Source of the DNA: Octopus vulgaris
Lineage: Eukaryota
NCBI GenBank assembly: GCA_951406725.2
Contig: OX597839.1
Location: 18,104,001 to 18,168,000, forward strand
Reading direction: 5' to 3'
DNA: 64,000 nt
In this document: one piece after another, positions 13,632 to 26,634 of the stretch
How the letters are laid out: every line of letters starts with the position of its first letter
How positions within the stretch are numbered: position 1 is the stretch's first letter
Translations under genes and position numbers: made by a program
The notes under the pieces: model-generated
Seen by the model: the letters and a program-made list of their open reading frames with translations, nothing else
The model's database searches: none
What the model was told of the DNA's origin: nothing

Positions 13632-14204
13632 ACTTCTGCCCATCCCCACCACCCATTTTCTCCCAAATTTATTTATTTTTGTAATTTTTTCTTGCCAAAA
13701 ATTCCCGTTTTCAGATACGGAGGTTCCAGAAAATTGCCAAAAATCGGCATTGTGAAATTTCCACTACACCATTTCCCCACCAACTTCTTCAATTCCTATT
13801 TTTTTCCCCAACACTAAGCCTAAAACCCTAACCCTAAAACTGCAACCCTAACCCTAGCTCTAAAACCCTAACCTTAACCCTAAAACTGTAACTGTAAGTA
13901 CTGAAATGTTTTGAAATTTTTGTCTGAATCATGACGTCTGCATTTTTCCACATATTTAGAGAAAAAAAAATTTTACAAAGATTTTTGGAAATTTTCATAA
14001 TCTCCATGTTTTTCTGTATATTTTGAAAAAAAAATTGTGAAAAAAGTTGAAAATAAAGGAAATGGGGGTGGGGATGGTAATTTAGAAATGTTGATTTTTG
14101 CCAATTTTTTTGCAGATTCGTATTCCCTGTAGCCAAAAAGGTGGGTTTGTGTTGAAAAAAAAAATTTTTTTTAAGGGTGTTGGTGGGGGACAGGGGGCAG
14201 AAGG
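13632..14204. mobile_element. MITE-like element with degenerate TIRs and internal TAACCC repeats, inside a SINE
   Basis: cttctgcccatccccaccacc vs ggtgggggacagggggcagaag; aaccctaaccctaaa cluster at 13815-13885; SINE sequence continues on both sides. Confidence 0.55.
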
Positions 14205-14664
14205 CTTGCCAAATTTGCCTCAACAAACTCTTTTCAACCCATGCAAGCATGGAAAAGAGGACATTAAAACAATGATGATGATGTTTTTTTTTTTCACAAA
14301 TTCAAATGCTATACGATCTGATAAGGAAATGAGAGGATTTTTTTTTTGTGTTAATCATATGTTGATGGAGAGTTTTTTTTTTTTTTGCAAGTTGATTATT
14401 AATCCTAAAGGAAGTGAATGGTGCCAAGCAAGAACCAAAACAAAGATATGAGAAACTTGAGATGTCAGATAACTTAACACGTAAGATCTGGGTTAGCTGA
14501 AAGCTAATGTGCAGGAGACTATCACAGTTGAGATTAGAGTTAGCAAAGACTTAGCTTATCTGGGTATGGGGTAAATTAAGACTCAGATTAGCTGAGATTA
14601 GTGGTAGTTGACACTTTGATGTCTGTAGGAGCTGAACTGTGACTTCTCAGTGCTGTGTCATCTG

Positions 14665-15138
14665 TCGGTCTCCGTTTAAGATGAGGCAATGATCAAAGAG
14701 AGTGATTAGAGCCAGTTGTATTGTGAGGTTAGAGGTGAAATTCTAAGATTATTGCAAAACACTCTGCAGCAACAGCAAGTTTTCTTTGATTAAGAGCAAA
14801 AGTTGGAGGCTCAAGGACAATTCTGTTGTAATTCCGATCATAAATGATGCCGACTGGTACTCCACAGGCAATTGCTTCAATGACCCGGCAGGGAGCCTGT
14901 GCAGGAAACCATAGTCAGTTCCGGGGGAGCGGGGCATGGCTGCAAAACAGAAACTTAAAGAAACTGATGGAAAGGCGCAGGAGTGGCTGTGTGGTAAGTA
15001 GCTTGTTTACCAACCACATGGTTCCGGTTTCAGTCCAACTGCGTGGCACCTTGGGCAAGTGTCTTCTACTATGGCCTCGGGCCGACCAAAGCCTTGTGAG
15101 TGGATTTAGTAGATGGAAACTGAAAGAAGCCCGTCGTA

Positions 15139-15176
<38 letters not shown>

Positions 15177-15400
15177 TGTGTGTGTTTGTGTGTCTGTGTT
15201 TGTCCCCTTAGCATTGCTTGACAACCGATACTTAGCGATTAAAGGTGGTGCTCCAGCATGGCCGCAGTCAAATGACTGAAACAAGTAAAAGAGTAAAGAG
15301 TAAAGGCATCACCAGGAGTGGGATCTATGTCTTAATTTGACTCCACACAGGAAAACTCACGCATAACAGCTCAAGTTGGAGAGACTCCTGATCCAGATTG
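14665..15400 (+). pseudogene. Degenerate 18S rRNA fragment interrupted by SINE A
   Basis: Matches conserved SSU motifs in order: tagaggtgaaattct, cataaatgatgccgact, gaaacttaaagaaactgatggaa|ggcatcaccaggagtgg, cttaatttgactccacacaggaaaactcac. Confidence 0.85.
14973..15303 (+). mobile_element. SINE family A (internally deleted) within the 18S fragment
   Basis: aggcgcaggagtggctgtgtggtaag...gtaaaagagtaaagagt. Confidence 0.9.
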
Positions 15401-15439
15401 ATCCACTACTTCTACGCACTGAGGGGGAACAGCTCGGGT

Positions 15440-16130
15440 ACTGCAAACATGGGGTTAGAGTGTTGCAGGAAAAAAATCATAAGATGGATTCCTCAAGTTG
15501 AGACAACCAGCAAGAGATTTAGGGGTAAATCAAGAATGAGATGGTTGCCTAATATCCATAGTTTCAGTTGGTCATGCAAGAGACTCCAGCTGGAAAGTGT
15601 ACGAACAACTGCTTCTGATAGGACCCTATGAAGGCAGTACCTGACCTTCCTAAGATTAATGGGCAGAGAATTCTTCCTAAGATTAAGGCGGCAAGCTGGC
15701 AGAAACGCGCACATTCTGAGTTCAAATTCTGCCGAGGTCGACTTAGCCTTTCATCCTTTCGGGATCCATTAAATAAGTACCAGTTACGCACTGAGGTCGT
15801 TGTAATCAACTTAATCCCTTTGTCTGTCCTTGTATATCCCCTCTATGTTTAGCCCCTTGTGGGCAATAAAGAAATAAGAATAGTGGGTAGAGAAAATGGA
15901 TGGATGTATATATAAAAGAATCATGAAATGGCCCTTCAAGCTGAGCTAACCGGTAGGCGATCTAGGGATAGCCCATGAACAAGATGATTAAATAATGCAA
16001 ATAGTCTCGGTCATGTTTGAGAATTCAGCCAGAAAGTGTAATGATGTTCGTTTTTGATAGAACCCTACAGAGGAGGTGCCTGAGAACTCTACTCCAAAAA
16101 TTCTCTGAGGAATAGCAAGCAGAGAAAAGG
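15440..16130 (+). mobile_element. Two decayed RTE-like LINE 3' fragments with a SINE B (15686-15880) between them
   Basis: Translation KRFRGKSRMRWL...ASDRTL resembles the RTE C-terminus (GxRxRGRPxxRW...AxDRxxW); a related segment lies at 15925-16100. Confidence 0.5.
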
Positions 16131-17146
16131 GATGGATGGAACAGTTGGATTAACTAAATCTTCATATTGCTCAGATTAGGTTAAGTAAGACTTAGGTTAG
16201 CTAGATTTGAAGTACCCGAAACGTAAGATTTAGGATTAACTAAGGCTTCAAAAACCTAAGAAAGAATGAGACAAGCAAATCAATTAAGGCTAAGAATTAG
16301 ATAATTTAATTTCTAAATTAATCCTCTCTCTATCATAGTGATAAATAAGGTTGGTAGTTACTGCTAGTAATCTGGTTTTTAACAGGATGATATTGCAGGT
16401 AACATATTCAATATGAAAAAGAAAATTTAACACAGTACCATAAAGCTATGGAAGTCTCAGTGGCACAGAATAAGTCTAATAAGCATTTACAATATATTCA
16501 TAATGGCTTCCATACAATTTCCATGCTCTCAGAAATTTTATATAAGGTTTGGATCAACACAAGGATATGGAAGCAGACACTTGTCTACTTGCCCAAAGTA
16601 ATGCAAAACAGAGTCAAAAATGGACCCCCATACATATTTGCAAAACAAAATTCATAACTACACAATCATATTGGTTGGATGGTTGGTTTGTTTGTTTGTT
16701 TGTTGGTGGGTGCTCAAATGACTCGATGATTTGTGATGTCTTATATAATCTCCAGTGCAGTGAATTGCGAAATCTGCAGTGGAAATGATATGGGAGATCA
16801 ATACTAACAAATCGGCAAGAAGCAAGAGCGAGGACTTTAATAGAAAATCCATATAACATCAAGGTCAGCATGAGGAAGAAGAAAAAGATTATCATCAGCA
16901 TTCTCATAATAATAATAATAATAATAATAATAGTTTCAAATTTCGCAACTAGGGTAGCTTTTGGGGGTGAGGGAATGAGTTGATTACATCGACCCCAGTG
17001 TTCAACTGGTATTTATTTTATTGACCCCAAAAGGATGAAAAATAAAATCAACCTCAGTGGAATTTGAACTCAGAATGTAGCGGCCAACAAAATACCGCTA
17101 AGCCTTTTGCCTGGCATGCTAACAACTCTGCTAACTCACCACCTTT

Positions 17147-17191
<45 letters not shown>

Positions 17192-18221
17192 ATAATAATA
17201 ATAATAATGATTTCAAATTTTGGCACAAGGCCAGCAGCTTCAGGGGAGGGGGTAAGTCGATTACATTGACCCAGTACTCAACTTGGTACTTATTTTATTG
17301 ACCCCCTTCTACAGACACTTTTCAGACCCTTGGATATCAGAGACTTGTGCACTTTATCTGACCGAAGATTAAAAGGTTTGCACATGCTCCACATTAAAGT
17401 GATCAGCAACAGAAAGGCCATCAATTCACACTATGGCCTAATGGTTAGGGCATTGAGCTTGCAATCATAAAATTCTAGGATCAATTCTTGGACTAGTCAG
17501 TGCATTATATCTTTGAATAAAGCATTTCTCGTAGTTCCTTTCTACTCAGCTGTAATGAGTAATAAGGGTGTTGGACTAGCTCACACCAGCTGTCACATCT
17601 TGTATGTGCTGCTGGATCAATGGTGAGGGGTGGGATGAGAGTGCCTATGTCTACACAAGACTTTATGACAATCAGTGAAAGCATAATATAAGTTACCAAT
17701 ATTCGTCAGAATGGGTCCTGGCAAAATGATAATCATAATGATGATGGTGCAACCTCATTGATTTGCAATGCCGGCGACACTTTGAAGGCACCCGCTACAG
17801 TCTTGGAGTAGTTGGTGTTAGGAAAGGCATCCAACCATAGAAACCAAGCCAAAATCAGACTGGCACCAGGTACAGCTCTCCTGCTTACCAACTCCAAAGT
17901 CAAATTGTGGAATCCACAGGAAGCAGAAGCTAAATGATGGTGATGATGATGATTAAATTTTTTCCACTATATGCATGAGGTACGAAATTTGTAGGAAGTA
18001 GGGGGGGGGGCTAATAAATTACATTGATTCTAATGCTCAATTGGTACTTATTTCATCAATCCTGAGAGGATGAAAGGCAAAGCTGACATCAGTGGAATTT
18101 GAGCTGAGAACACAAAACTGGAAAAGTGCAGCTAAACATTTTGTCTGGCATGCTAATGATTTCAGGCTATCTGAAAGAATTATTAATCTTTAGAGAAAAT
18201 TAATTTAATTTTCATCATCAG

Positions 18222-18655
18222 CAGAAAAATTCTACTGTTTATTTGAGAAAATGTCTACTGGTTATTTGAGAAAAAAAATCTACTGTTTATTTGAGAAAAT
18301 TTCTACTGGTTATTTGAGAAAAAAAATCTGTTTATTTGAGAAAAATTCTAGTGGTTATTTGAGAAAATTTCTACTGGTTATTTGAGAAAAAAAATCTACT
18401 GTTTATTTGAGAAAAATTCTAGTGGTTATTTGAGAAAATTTCTACTGGTTATTTCAGAATATTTCTAGTGGTTATTTGAGAAAATTTCTACTGGTTATTT
18501 GAGAATATTTCTACTGGTTGAGAAACTTTCGATTGGTTACTTTACAATATTTCTAGTGGTTATTGGAGAAATTTTCTAGTGGTTATTTGAGAAAAATTCT
18601 GACTGGTTATTTAAGATAAATTCTAGTGGTTATTGGAGAAAATTCTGGTGGCTGG
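18222..18655. repeat. Minisatellite, ~21-23-bp unit (ttatttgagaaaatttctactgg), about 20 copies
   Basis: Direct tandem units with variable A-run and no spacers. Confidence 0.92.
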
Positions 18656-19829
18656 AAATAATTAAAAAAGATCCTGTTTCCCCTGCACCTTGAGACACTA
18701 ATTTGAAAAAACAGGATGATTATAAATGGAATGCTATAGTTGTGTATCTATCTCTTTGCACATGATGTGGCTGGCATTGCAGGTGGGTTCTGAGTTCCAT
18801 CTCACAGAGTGGCACCTTGGGCAAGTGTCTTGTACTAAAGCCTTGGGCTGACCAAAGCTTTGTGACTGTATGTGGTAGACAGAAACTGAAAAAAGCCTAC
18901 GCTGTGTGTAATGTGTGTGTATTTTTGTTTTTCTCCCACCACTTCTTAAGAACCGGTGTTACTGTTTACATTTACATAACTTAGCAGTTCAGTAAAAGAG
19001 ATTGTAGAATAAGTGCCAGGCTTTAAAAAAAATAAGCACCATCTGAACGTGGCTGATGGCAGCGCCGCGTTGACTAGCTTCCGTGCCGGCACGTAAAAAG
19101 CATCTACCAACCATGGCCGTTGCCAGCCTCGCCTGGCACGTAAAAAGCACCCACTATACTCATGGAGTGGTTGGCATTAGGAAGGTCATCCAGCTGTAGA
19201 AACACTGCCAGATCAGACTGGAGCCTTCCCAGACCCCGGTCAAACCGTCCAACCCATGAAAAATGGATGCTAAACGATGATGATGATGATGAAGTACTGG
19301 GGTTGATTAATTCAACTAAAATCGTTCAAGGTGGTGCATCAGCATGGTTGCAGTCAGGTGACTGAAACAAGTGAAAAATAGAGATGACCTTACATTTTTA
19401 ACACATACACGAAAAATAAAAGGAAGGATGAGAAACAATCAAGAATGTGTTTTGTAAAAAGTTGATGCAGACCCTAAATGTCTAGGACACCTCATTCTTA
19501 GACTTTGTTGACAAACAGTCATTGACCATTTGCTTAATTCTGCCAGCTGGAGTACTACTCATCCAGGAGTGGGGGATACTGATATTTTGTTGCCATATTT
19601 GCAGCTTATCAACATCATGAACCTGAATCAAAGTGGAGATGATGTTTTGCAAACAACTTGCACATGCGAGTGCTACCAGTCAATAACTCCGTATACCGGA
19701 AGCCAGCAAGTGTATGGGGTCATCAGGAGAGAATGTGCGCCGTTTCAGGGCCTACCTCTCAACAGCATCAATGCGCACTGGCCCCCCTCACTGATGAGGC
19801 TCCGCTTGCTAGATCAGCTGGTTATCAAA

Positions 19830-20170
19830 TAAAGCTCAATATCCTTCTAGCCATCGCCCATCGTCTTTTTTTAACCAAATCCAGTGGCTAGTCTTCTCCA
19901 CTGTAGATTGGATATCGGTCATGGTGGTATTGACTTTACGTTGAGATAGGCCTAGCGATAACAACAGTCATCTCACACTGTGTCCAACAAACCCTCTACA
20001 TCCAACTTCGATTGGAAAATGCTCTGCTTTCTAACCTGCATCTTCACATTCCTCGAGGAGGTTTACATAACGGTTAAATTTTCGAGCCCGAGCAGCGTCC
20101 ATTTTATCTTCATGAGGAACCGTTAGCTCGACTATATTTACAACTTTCCTTCTTTCACACCACATCAGAA
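19830..20170 (-). mobile_element. RLE-type non-LTR retrotransposon fragment (HERO/R2 superfamily), restriction-like endonuclease
   Basis: IVELTVPHEDKMDAARARKFNRY...ECEDAG*KAEHFPIEVGCRGFVG...VEKTSHWIWLK; contains stops. Confidence 0.8.
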
Positions 20171-20284
20171 TATTTATATATAAAGTGTGTAAGAACCATT
20201 TGCTGGTATGCCACAACGATGCATATATAAGATTAAATTCAGTTCTGAATTAAAAGCAACACTAGTGTTATGTGTTATCTCCCC

Positions 20285-20695
20285 AATGAGGAAATGGCAC
20301 GTAGCATAGGAGAGCAGATAGGTGACCACTGGCAGGAGCTCAAAGAGGAGAAAAGTTCCTCAATACTCTATCAACATTCTCATAGAGGTTCAGTTAATAA
20401 CATGGATGCTAAAGTATTATCAATGCATAGAATAGACACAACACTTAGATTAGAGAGGTGGGTAGGTGAACAAAGTGGATAGGTGAACAGAGCAGCTAGG
20501 ATCTCAAAGAGGAGAAAAGTTTGTCAGTACTCTACCAACATGCTCAATTAGAGCATAGAGGTTCGGTTAATAACATAAATGATACAATATTATCAAAGCA
20601 CAGAACAGACACAACATTTGTTAGACAGATTACAGAGGCCCCACACAGTAGTAGACAGATCAAGCCTTCTCAAAAAACATGAATGGAACAATAAC
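20285..20695 (+). mobile_element. Penelope-like element GIY-YIG endonuclease C-terminal fragment, internally duplicated
   Basis: EMARSIGEQIGDHWQELKEEKSSSILYQH...KVLSMHRIDTTLR, then RQITEA...HEWN, fit GETxRSxxER.xEH...RxIxEA...EW. Confidence 0.6.
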
Positions 20696-21305
20696 ACCTC
20701 ATCACCACACTATGCAACAAAACAACAAAAGATAGAATAAGGAAAAAAGTCAGATACAAACAGTATAATACGGAAACCAATAGACACACAAAAAACACAC
20801 AAACACATACTTAAGATGGAATGAAGGAAAGATTAAAAAATGAATGAATGAAAAAACTAAAATAAAGGGCATAAATAAATAAAGTTCAAACAGTAATCTA
20901 ACCCATATACAGATATCAAATCACACAAACAAAAAACATAGACACACACACACAGATACAGATGTAAACACATTCTAAGATAAGGATACACACCATAGAA
21001 AGACAAAATAGACTAAACAGGAAGAGACACATGGGATGGAGAGTCACCGAAGAGGCCACAGGAGGTGTAACGGAAGATTTTCAAAGGGCAATTAAGAATA
21101 ATAAATCTGAAGTGAAGAACAAATATATAGTCCATGTGTTTATTTTATATTCGTCTATGGTAACGCCAGGGGTATGCAAACAAGCTATTTCATTATGTCG
21201 GCTACCGTCTAATGATACTGACCAGTAAGTTAGCTTTTCAGGATTGCATCATGGTTATACCAATATAATGTAAGATAAATATAATAATTCTAGGATGGAA
21301 TTTAT

Positions 21306-21716
21306 GGATCTTTTCGGTTTGAACGGCAGTTTTTTAAAATAATTTCCACGTAACTAAACACTTTTAAACTTCGTATGCTGGTAGAATGTGTTTATAAAAC
21401 ATCTTTTTCTCTTGGCTTTATTGAGAAAATTCTATAGTTTGTAAAATATTTGTTGTATTTTTTTCTTCAATTTCTGCAATTTCAACCAATCAATGACGTC
21501 TATTGAGGTGAAAACATTCTGTGCCGTATAAATATGTCCCTCGGTTAAGAAACAGATTGGGTTTATTTACATTTCTGAAGAAAAAAGATACCCTTCCCCC
21601 CCTCCATAACCCTAAAACAGATTGCAATGCAATAGATCGATACTAGGGTCATAATTATGGGTGACAATTTCATATGACACCGCTAGAAAAAACTGCCGTT
21701 CAAACCGAAAAGATCC
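21306..21716. mobile_element. Merlin-like MITE
   Basis: TIR GGATCTTTTCGGTTTGAACGGCAGTTTTT at both ends; 8-bp TSD gaatttat. Confidence 0.88.
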
Positions 21717-21725
21717 GAATTTATA

Positions 21726-22124
21726 AATATTTAATACATCACTACGCGCGTTTCCACAAATCACACGATTTTGACACCAGAGTCGGTATCCTTGAGATTA
21801 GGACAGTATAGTCCGTATTATCCGTGGGCATCCGGTTCATCATCATCATTGATTCATTTCATCAGGAGATACTGCCTTATTGAGTGAAACACTGAGGGAT
21901 GTTTATCCCCTGTGGCTAGTATGAAGGCCCGTCTAGCTTTGTAGAAGGGATAAACATCAATCTGTGATTCATCCAATAAGGCAGTATCTCCTGATGAAAT
22001 GAATCAATGATGATGATGAACCAGATGCCCACGGATAATACGGACTATACTGTCCTAATCTCAAGGACTCTGATGTCAAAATCATGTGATTTGTGGAAAC
22101 GCGCGTAGCGATGTATTAAGTATT
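21726..22124. mobile_element. ~400-bp near-perfect foldback element
   Basis: Left arm taatacatcactacgcgcgtttccacaaatc...gatactgccttattg is the reverse complement of 21974-22124; inner gatgtttatccc/gggataaacatc also pair. Confidence 0.88.
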
Positions 22125-22461
22125 GTTCATCCTTCGTTTTGACTTGCAGGACTGTCATTTGCATCAGCTGGTTTTGTTTGTGAATTTCCGTAAATTTTTA
22201 TTTATTTACATTTGTTTTAAAGTGAAAGTTGTATGTACATGTATATGAAATGGACGTATGTGCGAGAGAGAGAGATAGAGATAGAGAGAAGGGGTGGGTT
22301 ATCATGTATACGTATATACATAAATACATACGCATTCATCTATTTTTGTGAGAGACAGTGATGTTTAAGAGGCACTCTGTCTCTCTCACATACATACATA
22401 CATACAAAAAAGGTGTCTGTGTCTGTATTTATGTACGTGTACATGACAACACACCCCTTCA

Positions 22462-22499
<38 letters not shown>

Positions 22500-22906
22500 T
22501 CCATTTCATACACACGTACACATATTTCGCTTTAAAACAAAAGTAAATAAATAACAAAAAATTACGGAAATTAACGAACAACAATGATGTCTGCAAGTCA
22601 AAACGAAAGTGGCCTAAATATTTATAAATTTCATCCTAGAATTATTGGGCAGTGGTAAAGAATACGCACACCACCCGCTTTCGGCGTAACCCTAACTGTA
22701 AACACCGCCAATAATTGTTCTTCTTATATACAAATATATATAAATATATGTACAGGGATATTTTATTAATAAAGTAACAAACGCATGAGATTTCTAAAAT
22801 GAAGCATAGAAACAGCGATTCAAGTATATAAGAAAAATTTCGAGTCTGAACTAAGAATGACAGAGATTCGGAAATGATGGTAAGCAAAAGTTTTAAAAGA
22901 ACTCAC

Positions 22907-23010
22907 TTGAAGATGGCGCCAAAATAGAGAACACTAATTGAAACACGTCATCAAAACGTGTGTAAAAGAGAAAGCAAGTAAGAACAGACGGCGCGTGTTT
23001 GGAGACAACA
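22907..23010 (-). promoter_or_regulatory. Candidate promoter / first non-coding exon of a minus-strand gene
   Basis: YY1-type AAGATGGCG (22910-22918), CACGTCA and AACGTG motifs, high CpG, minus-strand donor CAA|GTGAGT at 22906; a long GA/CT tract lies upstream. Confidence 0.45.
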
Positions 23011-23692
23011 TGAGAGAGAGAGAAGGAAATAAAAGGAAGGACGGAGGAAGGGAGAGAGAGAGAGAGAAATAAAAGGTAGGACGGAGAAAGGGAGAGAGAG
23101 AAAGCGAGAAGGGAAGAAAAAAGAAAAGAATAAAAACTAAGGAGGGAGAGAGAAAGGTTAAAAGAAGTGAGGGGAGAACAGAAAGGGAAGGAGAGAGAAA
23201 AGAGACTAAGAGGGAGGGACATAGAGAAGAAGAAGAAGCAAAGAAAATAAAGAGAAGTGTAGGAAAGGGAAGGGGAGAGTAACGTAGAAAAGAGAAAAAA
23301 GATGTAAGAGACACACAGCGACATAGAACTGAGTCTCCGTATAGAGAGAGAGACGGAGAGAGGTGAGAGGAATAATAATAATGTTTGTATATAGAGAGAG
23401 AAATAGGGAGGGGGAGGAAGATAACGTGACTGACACACGTCCAGGCAGAAGGAATAGGATAAAGGTAGAAGAAAGGGATTAAAGATAACGAATAAATTAG
23501 TGAAACGGAAGAATAAGAGGCGGTGTGGTGGGGAGGGGGGCAGTCAAGATAAGAGGGGAAAATCACTGTAGATGTAGTGGGGCTATATGAAACCCTTTCT
23601 AATTTTGGCATAAGGCCAGAAATTTTTTGAAGGGAGGCGCGGATTGATTACACCGACTCGAGTACTTGACTGGTACTTCTTTTCATCGACCA

Positions 23693-23922
23693 GCGGCGAG
23701 CTGGCAGAAACGTTAGCACGCCGGGCGAAATGCGTAGCCGTATTTCGTCTGGCATTACGTTCTGAGTTCAAATTCCACCGAGGTCGACTTTGCCTTTCAT
23801 CCTTTCGGGGTCGATAAATTAAGTACCAGTTACGCACTGGGGTCGATATAACCGACTTAATCCGTTTGTCTGTCCTTGTTTGTCCCCTCTATGTTTAACC
23901 CCTTGTGGGTAGTAAAGAAATA
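23693..23922 (+). mobile_element. Young SINE family B with CpGs intact, inserted in an older SINE
   Basis: gcggcgagctggcagaaacgttagcacgccgggcgaaatgcg...gtgggtagtaaagaaat; ttcatcgacc occurs on both sides. Confidence 0.9.
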
Positions 23923-24522
23923 ACTTCATTTCATCGACCCTGAAAAAGATGGGAGTGAAAGGAGACCACAGTGGGATTTGAACTCGGAATATAAAGAGCC
24001 GGAAGAAATGCCGCTAAGCGTTCTGCTCGACGATCCCAACGATTCCGGCAGCTCCCTGCTTAAGCGGAATATATTAATAAACAGGGAGAGAGGGGGGGCA
24101 AAACATTGCCATGGAGATATAGGAAAAACATCAGTCAGAAAGGGAATAAAGAAATAACAGAACAGAAGCAGGGAAGGAAGCTGGTCAACGTATATATCAT
24201 GCAAAGAAAGAATTAAGGAAAATCCCCCGCTGCTTTCTGCGGGGCCGTTTAAGCAGCATTACAGACCCCCGGGCTAATCAATGCACTGGGCCCTATAATA
24301 TTTACACTGACAGCAAACCACACAACATATGTTGATCAAAACTGGGTCCCTAGACCAGCGAGACCCCCACCCTCACCCGGGGGAACAACACAGTGCGGTC
24401 ATGTTTTGAGACGGCCTAAGCCTTCGGTTATTTCTTTGTTTTCTTTTGAAGTTCTTTTGGTCTCTCTTGCCGCCGGGGTCGACTCTGTCTTTCATCTTAT
24501 CGGGGTTGATAAAAGAAGTACC

Positions 24523-24754
24523 TATTTCTTTATTACCCACAAGGGGCTAAACACAGAGGGGACAAACAAGGACAGACATATGTATTAAGTCGATTACATC
24601 GACTCCAGTGCGTAACTGGTACTTAATTAATCGACCCCGAAAGGATTAAAGGAAAAGTCGACCTCGGCGGAATTTGAACTCAGAACGTAACGGCAGAGGA
24701 AATACGGCTACGCAATTCGTCCGACGTGCTAACGTTTCTGCCAGCTCGCCGCCT
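24523..24754 (-). mobile_element. SINE family B
   Basis: Reverse complement of the 23693 consensus. Confidence 0.88.
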
Positions 24755-26634
24755 TGTACCAGTTGAACACTGAGGTCGATGTAACCAACTAAGCCTCACC
24801 TCTGAAGTTGCAGCCCTTGGGCCAAGAGACTTTGTAAGTTGTGAGTTCAAATGCTGCGGACGTTGGGTCAACCCTGCCTTTTCCCCATGTCAATAAAAGA
24901 AAGTACTACCAGCTCCTTTTCGCCTGTGCGGTCTTGTACTTATGTTAGTAATCCCTAAGTTCTTTATGCGCCAAGTTCAAATTTTGGCGAAATAGTTTGT
25001 GCCCTTTCATTAGTAAAATAGGTAACATCGGCACAATGTCTCTAACTTGGAGAAGTATGATGGGTTTTATTTAATTATATTGTTACGCGGTTTTTGACCA
25101 GTACTTAATGCTATCGTCTCGAGTGGGATTCGAACTCACCTGTCAAGTAACTGTGGGCAATTTAATCGTCTGTTGCCCATCACCTAAAAATTTTTCTTCT
25201 CTTGGAAATATACGCTGGAACAAAAAGAAACTGAGTGATGATGATATACGTGTGGGGGTTGGGGTAAGGGATAACTGGAAGAACAGAGATTTAAAAAGAA
25301 AACAAGATTAATGTGAATTGAAGAAAGGAGAATAAAAAAACAAACGGTGAAATGAAATAGAATAAAATGAAACAGATATTAGAAGATAAATGTCTATTTA
25401 TGAGTAGAGGAGAATGAAAGTAAATATAGAAATAAAGTTTGTGGACAGAGAGAGAGAGAGAGAAAGAGGGAGAGAGAGAAAGAGGGAGAGAGAGAGAGAG
25501 AGAGAATGACAGGGGAGATAAGCGAGTAGGAGATCAAAGTTATATGAAGAGATGGGGGAGGGCAAATGGTGGGGGAATAGAAGTGGTGTATGTGTGTGTG
25601 TGTATATATATATATATGTCGAGAGAGAGAGAGAAGTGGAGGAGAGTGTAGGAGGCATGTAAGTTTGAGGGGGACAGTAAGAGAGAAACCATATGTCATA
25701 TATATATATATATATATTATATTTATCATATGTATATCAATATATATATATATGTATATTCATGTATATACATATTTATGTAGATAAATTAAAAGACACA
25801 GGAAATGAAATAGTGTATATTTATAAATCCATATAACTCCGTTTGATCAAGCCGTGATTAAGATATATAGATTACTGTATATTATATTACATACATGCAT
25901 ATATCATAAATAGATACATATAAATGTGTGTGTGTAGTGAAAGAGTTTGAAACACAGGAACATAAAGAGAAGAGGAGGGCAACTGCTTGAATGAGAAAAG
26001 ATTGAAAGAAAGAAAAGGAAAAAGAAAAGCAAGGAAAAGTGTAAAGAGCGAGGAGGTGGGAGTAGGAGTAAGAGTGAGACGGGAGGTGTGTCGTTGTGGG
26101 AGGAGTAAGAGGTAGCTGAAGGGAGAGAGAGAGAGAAGATAAAAGAACGATAGGGAGATGGTGAGAAGGACGAGTAGAGGACGGAGATTAAAAAAGTAAG
26201 AGGGGTAGTGGAGTGAGTAAAATTAATAGTAGGGAGAGTTGTGTGAATGAGGGAGGAGAAGGCAGAGGTTAACTGCGACAGAGAGAAAGAGCGAAAGACA
26301 CAGAGTGTCAGAGAGAGATAGAGAAAGAATGAGTGAGAGGGGGAGGTAGCGTGCTTTGTTTTTGTTGTTAATTTTCCTTTTGGATTCTGTTTATTCACTT
26401 TCTTTGACTGCAGTGAAAAATCGTTCTGCAGAAAAGAGGAGGATAGAAGCCAAGCTGTCCGTACGTTGTTATATACATCTGCACACACATGTATGTATAT
26501 ATATATGAATATACATACATCCATATACATATATAACTAACCCTCGCTTGAAGACAGGCTTTTAAGCTCTCTATGTTGTGTTGTCGTCTAGCGAATGCCG
26601 TTCGCTGCCGACCACCACCAGTACAAGTACCGGA

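Larger units (their letters stand above)
21283..22646. mobile_element. Outer foldback (palindromic) element with two nested insertions
   Basis: Arm 22130-22360 pairs with 22373-22610; termini aataattctaggatggaatttataaatattta and taaatatttataaatttcatcctagaattatt are inverted. Confidence 0.75.

Noticed and set aside
13815-13885. Interstitial telomere or fusion site (also 6815-6842)
   Set aside because: Only a few degenerate TAACCC units, and the motif recurs inside MITEs.
14665-15400. Functional rRNA gene
   Set aside because: Partial, heavily mutated and SINE-interrupted; recorded as a pseudogene.
18222-18655. CRISPR-like regular repeats
   Set aside because: No unique spacers and no cas genes; a plain minisatellite in eukaryotic DNA.
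21040-21080. Possible hammerhead downstream of the Penelope fragment (ccgaagaggcc...cggaag)
   Set aside because: Too degenerate to fold.
22893-23611. Ser/Leu/Phe-rich membrane-like ORFs (also 25904-26530 and 37580-38301)
   Set aside because: Read-through of CT/GA low-complexity tracts.
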